Below, piece by piece: positions 14,401 through 25,973 of a stretch of DNA of 64,000 nucleotides. The translations under genes were made by a program, and so were the position numbers. The first letter of the stretch is position 1. Every line of letters starts with the position of its first letter. The stretch is from Microthyrium microscopicum (Eukaryota). The stretch covers positions 3,708,884-3,772,883 of the forward strand of contig MU004231.1 in the NCBI GenBank assembly GCA_010405405.1. Direction: 5' to 3'. The notes under the pieces are model-generated. The model was not told the DNA's origin. It did no database searches and saw only the letters and a program-made list of their open reading frames with translations.

Positions 14401-14676
14401 ATGGGTGTTTCTAAAGCCGCCACTGGCTTTGGACAGGGCTTTGATGGTGGAGGAGAGAAAACTCTTGAAATAGGCGTAGAGCTTGCTGCGACAGGCTGAG
14501 ATATCGATTGTACATCGGTTGATTCGGTACTCGAGGATTCGGAGGTAGGTGCAGGAGCTGGGCCTCCCAGCTTTGCGAGCCGTTTGTTGCGGATCTTTGA
14601 GACAAGTCAGTGCAAGAAGCGTTATATGTGCGACTGTGTTTTTCACCTTCTCCGCCTCGCTTTGAGGGTCTGCCAT
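11408..14676 (-). CDS. UFD2: Ubiquitin conjugation factor E4 (U-box); exons 14676-14647, 14594-13041, 12991-11408
   Basis: N-terminal IRNKRLAKL, Ufd2 core (SSDGFMINV, NNFISEIFFL, QFYDKFNIRY) and C-terminal U-box [40 protein letters not shown]. Confidence 0.96.
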
Positions 14677-15661
14677 TATGAATAGAGAATTTAGAAGTCA
14701 ACGGTTATGGGGCCGACAAAGCAGCTCTCAAGTGGCGGGTAGGAACGCTTTTGGCGATCAGGGTAGACGCGTCGATATCGGTGTGTCAAAGACAAGATAG
14801 AGCGAAGAGGGCAAAGAATTCAAGTGCCGGCCCAGATGGAGATTTATCACGGTAGCAAGCTTATAAGGTTGAGCTGGTACTCAGAAAGCTGGCAAGGTGC
14901 AACTGTGGGGTGAAGACTGAAGGAGCGGCAGCCTGGGGAGCTCTTGCCTAGTCTACCACAGTTGAGTCCCAATTTAGTAACACCACAACTTCATCAGGCT
15001 GTCGAAACGAAGTATCGGTCAGAAATTCTTTTCCTCGGGTAGTAACACTGAAATATGTTTTCGGTATGAAACCTCGAATATCTCCTAGTTTTCACCTCGC
15101 TATCAAGTGCGGTACCATGCCAGTAGAGCTACTCGAGCAATGTTCATTTTGTCAGCAAGGCTGAAACTAATAAGGCTAACCCCATCTATATCAAGTACTT
15201 CCAGAACCATCCATCTCAGCGAGATCTTGTATTTTCAGCGAATCATGCAAGGCTCTATATCATACTTGATAACTGATCTTCGATGAAAGTTCTTTAACTT
15301 ATGGTAGAAATCCGAGGATTGAGTCTGATGTAGTCTAATAAAACTGACATTTCATTCTGACTTGTCTTGCTTTACAATACACTAGATATTGTTTGCCCTT
15401 TAGACCAAAAGAGAGTATAATATTGTTGTTAGATCTGGCTGAAGTCTGGTTCTGGTTCTCAAGAAGCAGGTCAATACAAAATGAGACCAATCATTGGCAG
15501 AAAAAAACCTCACAGACTCCTAGTATGCTTCAGACTTCTATATCGTTAAGCACAATGCAAGATTTCCTAGAACAACAAAGGTAAAATATTTTATCTACTG
15601 TCTTGTCAACAACTTCTCGCGGATGATAGAGTAAACAACTTTCAATTACTACCCACCTAAA

Positions 15662-18548
15662 TCAAATAAACGCTTCATTCCCCAACGCACCCTCCGAAAC
15701 CATCCGTCCCTTAATCTTCAGCTTTCTCGACCCAGGTATATTCCGCTCATTCACTCCCAAACTCCTCAACGGCGTCTTCTCTTTCATGCCTAACCGATAC
15801 GCTGCCCTCGATCTCTCCATGATCGGAATCCGATCTCCCAACCTAGTCTGTAGTGCCGCCGTCAACTCTATCCCACTCAGATGCCGATACTGCCCTGGCG
15901 GCGTCCAGTCATAGATACTGCTTGACTGACTCGCTCCTCCTCCTGATTCACTGGCCCGTCCACTCGCTCGTTCGCTCACGCGCCCACGCTCCCTTCCCCA
16001 GTTCTGCTCACTAGCCGGTCGACGCAGATTATTTGCTGCGCGCACCATAGCTGCTGTCCAGCGTCGGCCAGCAAGCCCTTCCATCTGTGGAGATGCGGCG
16101 CCGGCACTGGTGGACTCGGCGGTCTCCCAGCTTCGTTCCGAGGCCTGTGTAGCAGCTCGTCCAAGGGCCGTTGCTGTAGCTCGGTCGGATCCTTTGGTAT
16201 AGGCTCGCACGAGCTGGCTTTTCTTCTGCACGGTCCCGGTTGATGGCACGGTGGGTGAGTCGAGGTCTGAACTCACGTCTGGTGAGCCATCTATTGTGCT
16301 TAGGCCGATACCTGTGCGACCTCGACTGAATGAGCCGCCGGCGAAGAAGGAGCTGCGGTGTGGGCCTCGTCTGGGTAGGGGGCGACTGCTGTTACGGCGG
16401 CCATTGCTGGGTGAATCGTATAGCGAGTTGCGTGCGGGTAGTTGGAAGACTGGTGTAGGCATGATTGGTGGAGACGAGGGCATGTGGTGGTCATAATCAA
16501 GGATGTCGGTGTCGATGCTCTCGGAGACGGAATAGGGAGTGCGGTCGAGCATTTCGGAGGAACTGAGAGGCTCAGCGTAGCGGAAGCGACGGGAGCCTTG
16601 GGGAAGGGGTGGTTGGCGGTATGGAGGGGCGTCGTAGTGGGCGTCGTTCATTACGACTCCTAGGGCGTTGGGTACGCCGGGAGCATAGTCTTGTGTGAGA
16701 TGTGTGTTTTGGGTCCAGGAGAGACGGTTGTCGGTGGGAAGGGAGGTGAGGCTGGCTTTGGACCTGTTTTGAGAGAAGCGTTTAGGAAGCCAGCTCTTGG
16801 AGGCGGTGGGTTCTTCTTCCGGCTCCATGGGGGATATGGGGCTGCATTGGGACCGCATTGAGAAACGTTTGGGGAGCCAGCTTCTGGAGGCTGTTCCTTC
16901 TGCTGGATGCATTGGTGATACTGGACTTCGCTCTGCTCGCACTGGGAAGTTGAGTTCGACTTTTGGCGGATACTCCGGGGCGACTGAGCCAAGAGTATCG
17001 TCATGCTCTGCTTGGTCGATGGCTTGATCAGAAGTCCAGTAATCTGCATCCACAGACTTATGCGTGAACGGTCTTGAGATCATTCTCTTGAACACGGAAG
17101 GTCGTCGAGGTTTGCTTTTGTCTCTTCGTAGTCGACACCATATTGTGGCAAAGACGATGCAAATGATTCCAAACACCACCGCTATCACGATGCCCGCAAT
17201 AATGCCCGCTGTTTTCTTGGACAATCCACGACTGGTTCCAGGTGCATTCGTGGTTTCGTTGGTAGGTGCAACTATAGACTATCAGAACATATCATTACTT
17301 AAGTCAACTTTACTTACCAACTTGAAATTCGAACGCTTGGAAATCACGAAGATCTTGGTCCGGTGTGGTGATTGTCATATTAGCTTGCACAGTCTGCGGC
17401 GAAATACTGGATGGTACTGTTCCCTGTATAGTCAAGCTACTTTGATCAAAGGTTAACCACCTAGACACGACTCCAAGATCCATGCTGATATCAAGATCTG
17501 TTCGAACAAAATCCGAGCGAGAAAATGTATGATTGAAATCCTTTCCTGCCGTCAGGTTCAAAACACCGATGTAGCCAGTATAGAGTCGCCCGAATCCCAA
17601 GTTTAATCGCAAGATTACAATTGTGGAATCGCCGTATTTGTCTTGTGCAGTGATAGTCACATTTTGCATTGAAGTGCCCTTCGGTGGCATGCCAGTCAAA
17701 GCCATTGTCTGTGAGTCAAACTGTAGCCATGAAGGCAGCAAAGCCGTTGCCGTTGTGAAATCTTGATCTTGCAATGCTTTGCCGTCTAGCTGTAACTGAC
17801 TTTTCAGTGTAGTTAGGTTGACATTGTCTCCGGCTGGGATGTTGAGGGTCTCTTCAACCGACCCGAAGAGGAACTGGTGATCGCTAATGAATATGGTGAA
17901 GCTGACTTTCACGGAGCAGAATCCTGGAACATCAGACGCAATCACATTGATATCGAATTGTGCAGGTATGTTGTTCAGAGTTGGGGTAGTTCCAGTGATG
18001 TGAAGCGTCTTTGGGTCGAATATAATCCACGCGGGCAAAGGGGTATGATCACTCATTGTGGCATAGTATGAGACTGGTTTCTGGCCGGAGATGAAGATTC
18101 CTTCGGACAGATCTATCGTAATCGGTGTCTGCGGTGGATACAGTAGAGACGTAGGACCAGATCGCGTGCCAGCTTTGGCCAATGTAAGAGCCAAGTCTGC
18201 TCCAAGCCAAGGTCCTCCATCGTCACCAACAACTAGAGTTGCAGCCATGTTGGCGGAGCCAGTGTCATCAGTGCCAGTGATGGTAAAGCCCGGCGTTCCA
18301 TTGTCACCCTGGCCCGGGGTACCAAAGAGAGTTCCATTGGAAGCATCCAACTGAAGCCAACTCGGTGCTCCCGCAAGGCTATATGTGACAGCTCCTGTAT
18401 TTGTTCTGAACGTCGACGGCGAAAGTGTGAAGTTGTACCATTGTCCGACCTTAGCGACTTGCGGGACCTGCGCGTTGAAAGGGAAAGCAATTTGAGGGGT
18501 CGAGTTAGCTATAGATGCAAAAAGCCAGAGCCATAGGATTGCGATCAT
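15662..18548 (-). CDS. AXL2: Axial budding/polarity landmark Axl2 (signal peptide, cadherin-like/He_PIG repeats, TM, disordered tail); intron 17272-17317
   Basis: Signal peptide followed by FPFNAQVPQVAKVGQWYNFTLS, repeated PSWLQ(L/F)D..TL.G.P units and a single TM IIAGIVIAVVFGIICIVFATIW. Confidence 0.85.
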
Positions 18549-19229
18549 GGCAATTCAAACGCTCTCGTCCTCGATTTGAATGTTTAACGAAGGCTGAATG
18601 ATAGGGAACGACACATGTTGTAAAGTTGAAGCTTGTGAGGGGGTTTCTCCTTGATTTTCCAATGTCTACGTAGGATGAATTCAAATTCTGGTTGCACGAG
18701 AGCGCGCTCATCGCGTGAGAATGCATTGGTTCAACCTCTTACTTGCCTCCCTTACCTGTGACCAAAGGAATGGAATGAAGGGAGCCATATATGGAATTTT
18801 TGCCCAATTCCACATATAGCTGCCCTTGTTCTATAATTCATGTTGACCATCTCTGCATGTGATAATTCACAACAAGTTTTGATGTGATGTTAAGTTTCGG
18901 GATGAAATGGGCGCAAGCTTGCATTGCAGTAGAGAACTCAGCGTCAGCGTATTCTCCCCGAGGCTGCACCTCCAGGTTATTCGGAACTCCCCAAGCTTCC
19001 GACGCTTCGAATTGAACCATAATTAAATGAATAGAAGAATGAGCTAGAGGTGGTTGGTGGTTGCAAGACTCCGTAAAGAAGATGAAAGGAGTCAAAATAC
19101 AAGTGTGGCCCGTGCATTTATATTCGGCAACCTTGAACCTCGAACAATCAACCCAACTTACCCAAGCAACCTCCATCTACACATCTCTGGCAGAATTTTA
19201 TCTTGTCAACGCAGATGCGAGTGGTAGGA

Positions 19230-20104
19230 ATGTCGGACAATGAGCTTGATGAAAAGGAGCCCGACTTTTTCAACTTCAGCGAAGACCTAGTCGAGCTTCC
19301 GCAAATCAAGCAAGCTGGAACCGCCGCTCTCGACTTTGACGGGCTCTTATCGGAAGAATTGAAGCTTCATGAAGACCTTACAAACGGCTGTGGTGGGCAA
19401 TTATGGCCGGCTGGGATGGTTCTGTCCAAATACATGCTTCGGAAGTTTGGCCACGGTGGCTTAGAGAACAAAACCATGTGTGAACTATGCCGAAATCTTC
19501 ATATTCCACAAAGGAGATTGGACTAACGAAAAATAGCGTTGAGATCGGTGCTGGTGGTGGTCTCGTTGGGTACAAATCTCTAACAAATCACTCAATAATG
19601 CGCAGTGACTAACAAGTACCTATTTAGCCTAGCAGTCGCTAAAGGATGTCACGGATTCCAAGCACCAATGTACATCACAGATCAAGTCAATATGTTGGAA
19701 TTGATGAAGCAAAACATCCTCAAAAACGATTTGACCCAGCTCGTTCAAGCAAAAGTCTACGACTGGGGCGAGGCCTGTCCTTCCGATATGCCATCTCAGC
19801 CTGATATCATTCTCGCAGCCGATTGTGTTTACTTTGAGCCAGCTTTTCCTCTGCTCGAGAAAACACTCGTCGATTTGATCGGCGACAACTCAGTATGCTA
19901 CTTCTGCTTCAAGAAGCGGAGAAGAGCAGATATGCACTTTATCAAGTCGATCAAGAAAAGCTTCAATGTTACCCTGGTTGATGATGACCCTGACACGCCA
20001 ACTTATTCCAAGGAGAATATATCTTTGTAAGTGAATACTTCAGGTCTCTCGCTGGCTCCTGTTAACCAAAGGATAGGCTCAAAATCACAAAGCGTCAGAG
20101 TTGA
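19230..20104 (+). CDS. EFM6: Family-16 protein-lysine N-methyltransferase (eEF1A methyltransferase Efm6-like); introns 19478-19536, 19570-19627, 20027-20076
   Basis: GCGGQLWPAG motif, SAM motif I VEIGAGGGLVG on a 33-nt exon, YITDQ, DWG and DIILAADCVY. Confidence 0.85.
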
Positions 20105-20545
20105 GTTATGATGTTGGCAGAGGGTCAAAGTGGAATGAAGTTGCGATGTGAGCGTTGTGCATAGATACCCCGGATATAGACCATAGCACGGCAAACGGTA
20201 GACAAATGAATGGCGTGTTCCCATCCACTACGATGCCTACCATTGCAACATATACAGAGCGCACGCCCTACTGTCCATGGTGTGAGATTATCTTTTGCAT
20301 TGTCTGCGCACCCAATGGGTAATAAAGTAGCCGAGAACAAAACATAACTTCTGGGAGCGAGAAAAGCTGATAGAAGTACGCTCATTTGGCACGGGTCGAG
20401 TTGCACAGCGGAATAGAACATTGATCCCAAGAAATGGTCTGAACTGGTTGGATTTTCTTCCTAACCTGGTACGGAGTATGCCGAAACCCACCACGCCGAT
20501 TGAGCAAAATGCCAATTAGAAAACAGAAAGACACTATGGCACAGT

Positions 20546-21041
20546 TTAATCGAATAGACCGAATCCCATGTCGTCGTCTGACTCTTCCTTCTCTATGACC
20601 GGTTAGATTCGACATCCCGATGCTGAGATTTATCATCGGAAACTTGCCTTCTTCTTTCTCCTCCTCCTTGGCAGCCTCAGCCTCTCCACCAGCAGCGGCA
20701 CCAGCACCACCAGCAGCTGGGGCAGCGGCAGCTCCACCTCCGGAGCCAACGTTCAATAGTAGGTCCTTGACATCCTTTCCTTCAAGAGCCTATCCATTAT
20801 AAGTATTTGGGGACGTGATTATACGTTGGTAGGCCGATCGCGTACCTTAGCGAAAAGGGAGGCCCATATGGGTTCTACGCCTTCGATGTTTGCGGCTTTG
20901 ATGAGAGTTGTGATTTTGTCGGCCTGGAGCGCAGTTAGACATCATTATATTGAAATTGGCGAGGCTGCTTACAGTGATATCGACACCGTCATCGGCGAGG
21001 ATGAGAGCAGCGTAGGATGTGGCGAGCTCTGAAGTAGACAT
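20546..21041 (-). CDS. RPP1: 60S acidic ribosomal stalk protein P1 (3 introns, the last GC-AG at 20593-20647)
   Basis: [56 protein letters not shown].., Ala-rich hinge and C-terminal [13 protein letters not shown]. Confidence 0.97.
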
Positions 21042-22142
21042 GGTGAGCGAATTTTGGAACTGCTCAAATGTGTGTTGCGATGAGGTAGTTTTGTTGACCT
21101 GCGAAATGCTGGATTGGAGATAGGATTGAGAATGTGTGGTGGTTGCGCGCACGGAGCTGGAACAATTAATATCCGCGCTGGAGGGCTGACCAGGAATGTT
21201 AATATGCCAATGATCAAGCTCTGGTATCCAATCAAGCTAAGGAGCTCCCTTGGGTCTCTGTTAATATGCAAAGAGATGCTTGGATTGCCAAACTCTTTAA
21301 CTCCCGTCACATCGCAACGCATCGCTCCGTCGGCCTTCAATCATGGCTGAGAGGGGCTCTCAAATCGCGTCACACTAGATCGATGAATTGTTCTGCGCAA
21401 AATCGGTATACCTGCGATAACAGATTGAATAACATGTATTATTAACCTAGGTGGTTCGGGAGTCGCAGGCTCGCTGCGCCACATATATGGTGAGCACTAG
21501 CCACAACATTCCTACCCCCCACTTGCCCTTTCCCCAATTTCCCCACCAGTCCCAATTGCTGACGATCGTCACCGTTTTTTCAACTGCTTGTGGAGCAGGA
21601 AGACCACTTCCGCGTGGTTGACAGCCGCCCTCATGGTAACTGCATAACTCATTGAAATACTAGAACGTGATACCAAGAGCTATTGATGTAACCAAAGGCA
21701 GAGACTGCCCAATAATTGTACACTTCTATAAGTGGCAATTGCCCGATGACGAAGCATTTGTACTGCAGTCTCCAGGTCCATCCGTATCTCGCCGCCCGCC
21801 CGTCTACTCTCTGTGTCCCCCTTGCGCAACTGCACACCAAACACTTAGCTTCACCGAACCCCGAAATCCGATGACAAACCTCGCTTGAGAGCTATTACAC
21901 CCATCGTCGAACTTGATAGAACCTTTACCCATTACCCATACGTGACTCTACCGGCGCGAGCTATACTCTAATCATCCTGAGCCAGTCGCAAACTCCTTAC
22001 CGTTCTACGCTTCCATCAGTCCAACGACACCCATCATACACCTTAGGTTTGCGCTCCAGTTTGTCTGAGCATCGAGCCCATACTAAATTTTATCGCCTTG
22101 TAGCTCTGGCCAACTGAGTGTGGTTGCTCAACGCTTTCCAAC

Positions 22143-23707
22143 ATGACCGACTCTCCAATTGTGCGGGCTCCCATGGACCCCGCCGAACAACCTATCCTGG
22201 ACAGCCTCCTCGGTATCCGAAACCAACTCGAGTTCATGAAGCAAGATAGATCATGCTTCGTCAAATCCGAAGAAGTAATGCGCCTCTATGCAGAGACCGT
22301 CAAACAAGTCAATAAACTCAATGAGATACGAACTCACAAACGAGATGAACAAAATCGAGTCGATACCGTGCTTGACGATTGCTTCCAGCTCATATCTCTT
22401 GGTTTCATGGTCATTGGCAAGAACAATGAAGCACCGGCAATATATTCAGTAGTGTCGACGATCAAGCGGTTACTCGATCATCTTTCTGAAGCTGCCTTTT
22501 ACTCACCCAAGGATCTTGATATGATATCGCATCAGCTACAGTCATTTCGACAAACGATCGAACGAGGAAGAGACACATTAGATCCACACCTAGTAACTTT
22601 ACTGGAAGCTCGTCTGACTATCTGCGAAACTACTCTGGCTAGATTGGAGAAAATTCTGAGCAAACTGACTCCAGAACTAGCGCCGCTGTACGACAAGCTA
22701 GTTTCCATATTACGATCTCTATCTGCATGCAATGTCAAAGCCAATGTTAGTTTTTGTGGCAATGTTTTTTCATCATCATCTAACTTCATATTAGTATCCC
22801 AAAGCAGAAGTTGCAGACCTCATGTCTCAGGCCAAAGAAATTCAGATCAAGCTCAATCTATCAGGAATTCACGGGACAACTGAGGACCTGCTAGAGAGTT
22901 ATGCTGAGAAGCTAAAGGAGATGGACAAAAATGGCGAAGCTGTGGACCCTGATAGACTGGTCACTGATCTTCTCACTCGATGCTTAATGTGGGGTGAAAT
23001 TATCGAAGATCGGCATGGCAAACTCGGAGATGGATTCCGGGAGCAGTTCGATAAGCTTCTTTCGATCCGCAACAGTTTGGAAAGCAAGTCGCTACTGCAA
23101 GCGTGGTCCATGCGTGAAACAGATGTGTATAGTTACCAGCGACAGCTCGATCGAATTGATGAGTCAAGAGACCCAGAAGGCTATTTCACGAATGCGTTGG
23201 GCACACGGGCTGATTTACAGACCCAAAGAGCATGTTTCCCGATTCTTTCTTCCGAAATATTCTAGCTAACATTTTGCAGACACTCTTGTACTTGCTTCGT
23301 AAGAGTTATGCTCTCATCTATTTCCTCTTGACATCATCAGAGCCTGTATCGGAAGCTTTGCTCCCAATATACAATCAACTGAAGACTCTGAAGAAATGTC
23401 TGAGGGAAGTACAGAAGTCAGGTGGCGTGTCTTCACCACGAGAGCTTTACCCTTACAAGATGAAGGTAAGCGGCCCTTGCTTGTAATATCTAAACATAAT
23501 TAACCAACTTAGCTTAACTCGGTCGACAAAATGCGCGTTGATGGCAAATTCATGGTCAACAACAGTATCCCGGATGGCCAAGCAGCCGTTATGGCGCTGA
23601 TGGAAGACTGTTACGAGCTCACGAACAAACTTCAAGAAGAAGCCGAGGATTTGGATCAGAAAGACACTCCGGATGAAGCTACCAGCAACATTACAGCAGC
23701 AGCTTAA
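22143..23707 (+). CDS. CUB1: DUF2408/UPF0662 protein (yeast YPL260W/Cub1-like); introns 22746-22794, 23230-23279 (GC-AG), 23466-23512
   Basis: EQPILDSLLGIRNQL..KQDRS, AWSMRETD..YQRQL, TLLYLLRKSY and RELYPYKMKLNSVDKMRVDGKF motifs; spliced frame is continuous. Confidence 0.82.
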
Positions 23708-23888
23708 ATTGTGTCCAGACCTTATATTGTTTTGTCAGCAAGATTACCCGTTCGCATTGCCGAGTATACTTCATGTTATCAGAGTTCTTAATCAAGATTG
23801 ACGATACTCTTGCGGCTTGGGTGTACGAGAACGATTGGTGCTTTGAGTTCGTCGACGAGAATAGCTTGGATATGCTTCATTGTACATA

Positions 23889-24550
23889 CTAGTTGGAATC
23901 CAGTTCTATTTGATTGAGTTGTTCTATACCATCACCTTCGGGTGTTGCCTCTCTGCGGTCCGAATCTATAAATGTCAAGCGAGATCCATACGATATGCCT
24001 AACAAGTCAACTATTGGATACCCGATACATGGGAGTTACCCGATAACCTACATAATTCTTCTCCCCTAGGTATATCTCTAACTGCTCTATAAGTTATGAT
24101 CATTTGTTCTACGTTCCTCTCCCATCCAACATTCTGGTTGTTCGAATGATTAAACATCGACCCCAAACCAAACACAATTGCTTGCGTCATGGTTTGCGTT
24201 CCGTCGGCTAGATAGTCTGGCCAGTTGCTTTGTGAGTGTTAGTTGAAATCTCGAGGCGAATAGCACCACAACATACTATGTATAATGGTAGAGCTCGGTC
24301 TTTTCAATGTACGTTTTGTTTTCTTCTGGAGAGAGTATCAACACGGGACATGTTTCAATCACTTCACCCGCTACGATATCTCGCTCTGCAAATACTCCTC
24401 GACCTAGTATTTTTGTAAAGTACTCTGTTAGTTCAAGCGCTTGTACATTCATGGCTTTGACCAATAGCGCTTACCCTTTGGTGTGTTCAGTCGAAGAACT
24501 ACATGGCATGCTCGCCGAAGAGGGATCTGGTCTTGTGCGCTTTCGGTCAT
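23889..24550 (-). CDS. Small stand-alone SET-domain lysine methyltransferase (S. pombe Set7-like); exons 24550-24475, 24403-24277, 24227-24052, 23998-23889
   Basis: Spliced product reads ..NTPKGRGVFAERDIVAGEVIETCPVLIL..LYHYTYNW..GLGSMFNHS..RAVRDIPRGEELCISYG, carrying the SET motifs GxG, FNHS and ELxxxY. Confidence 0.88.
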
Positions 24551-24744
24551 GCTGTGGAACAAAAAGTTGTTCAAAATTCGACTTATTTTTGAGCCATGTG
24601 AAGATAAAAGGCCAGCCAATTAAATGCTTCGCAGATGTTTTGCCCAGTTTGAGGCCGCCCATGGCAAAGTCAACACCAACGCCGAAAGCTCCACCGATCT
24701 CGATTGTCCCAAACCGCCTCTTCACTCTTCAAGGCTGAGAGACT

Positions 24745-25973
24745 ATGGCTAGAGCTCGAGGCCAATCGATAGGAGAGGGTCTCAAAACTCCTCATACCGT
24801 CAGTCTCAAAGTACTCCGGTACATCATCCCAAGGTCCTCAAGCTCCGCATTCAACAACATGCTCACAAGCACCACAGCTTAACAAGACCCTCCTTAGCCC
24901 AGCAATTCCCGCTTCCGAAAGCCAATTCAGATTCTGTCTACGACTTCTCTCCCTCCGCTGGCCTCGCGTATCCACACTCTACACCCCTCGCGACGAACTT
25001 CCTTCTTACACCGCTTCTAACCCTCCCCGAATCATTCCAATCTGCCTACGTCGGCGAAGTCTTCTCCTGTACACTAAGCGCGAACAATGAACTACCCGCT
25101 GACGATACCGCGCGGTCCATAAGCGGCGTACGAATCGCAGCCGAAATCGTATCGCCCTCAAACCCCTCAGGTGTCGCACTCGACCTCGAAGAGCCAGTCA
25201 CACCAGCCAGCTCCTCTTTCGCGCCAGGCGCATCTCTGCAGCGCATATTACGTCTAAATCTACAAGAAGAAGGAGATCACACCTTGGCAGTGACCGTGAC
25301 GTATACAGAAACAGCAGTTGGCACTGAGGGCCGCGCAGCCGGTGGACGTGTCCGCACGTTCCGCAAGCTATATCAGTTTATCGCCACGAATCTGATCTCA
25401 GTGCGCACAAAGGCTGGTGATGTTGACGGCGGGAGATATGCATTGGAGGCGCAGCTGGAGAATCTTGGAGAGCGAGCTGTCACGATGGAGGTACGTTTTA
25501 ACCCCTCTGTGGTATCAAATTAAGTGAGCGGCTTGGATGGGTAGTGCTCCCAACGACTGCGATCTTTACCATAACACTGGTCAAAGAAAGGATGCTCTCT
25601 AGCTGGAGCTGCGCTCAGGCCGCTCACCTGTTCTGGTGTTACAGCATGCGTTTGCAATATGGTGGGCTGATCAGTCGTCTGTTTCTAGGCAGTGCGGATG
25701 AACCCGAAATCGCCATTCACATCACATTCCCTGAATTGGGATATGCCTGGTGCAACCCAAACCGATGCGCCAGTGCTGCAGCCAGGCGACATTATGCAAG
25801 TTGCATTCTTGCTCGAGGAGCTCCAAGGCGAAGATACCGGCCAGGAAGTGCCTGCGAGCAGTCCAGCGGCCGACAAGCGATTTATTTTGGGCCAGCTGAA
25901 TGTTCAATGGCGCAGCGCAATGGGCGATCGTGGCAGCATTTCAACGGGATGGCTGACGGGCAAGAAACGGTGA
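24745..25973 (+). CDS. TRAPPC13: TRAPP complex subunit 13 / Trs65-related DUF974 protein; introns 24819-24877, 25491-25688
   Basis: PHTVSLKVLRLTRPSL, LTLPESFQSAYVGEVFSCTLSANNE, RTFRKLYQF, LEAQLEN and LGQLNVQWRSAMGDRG motifs. Confidence 0.88.
25524..25627 (+). other. Intronic long RNA hairpin inside TRAPPC13 intron 2
   Basis: GTGAGCGGCTTGG (25524-25536) pairs with TCAGGCCGCTCAC (25615-25627) as 13 bp with 2 G-U. Inner helices GCTCC/GGAGC and CTTTACCA..TGGTCAAAG. Confidence 0.6.

Noticed and set aside
11472..14499. Long antisense ORFs over UFD2 and other genes
   Set aside because: Typical shadow frames of real coding sequence.
19230..21041. Functional clustering of EFM6 (eEF1A methylase) with stalk protein RPP1
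   Set aside because: Convergent neighbours without a shared promoter; adjacency alone is not evidence.
24661..24738. In-frame upstream ORF ending TGA 6 nt before the TRAPPC13 ATG (possible readthrough extension)
   Set aside because: The stop context TGA-GAG is not the known TGA-CTA readthrough motif, and the ATG probably lies upstream of the TSS in a 194-bp promoter.
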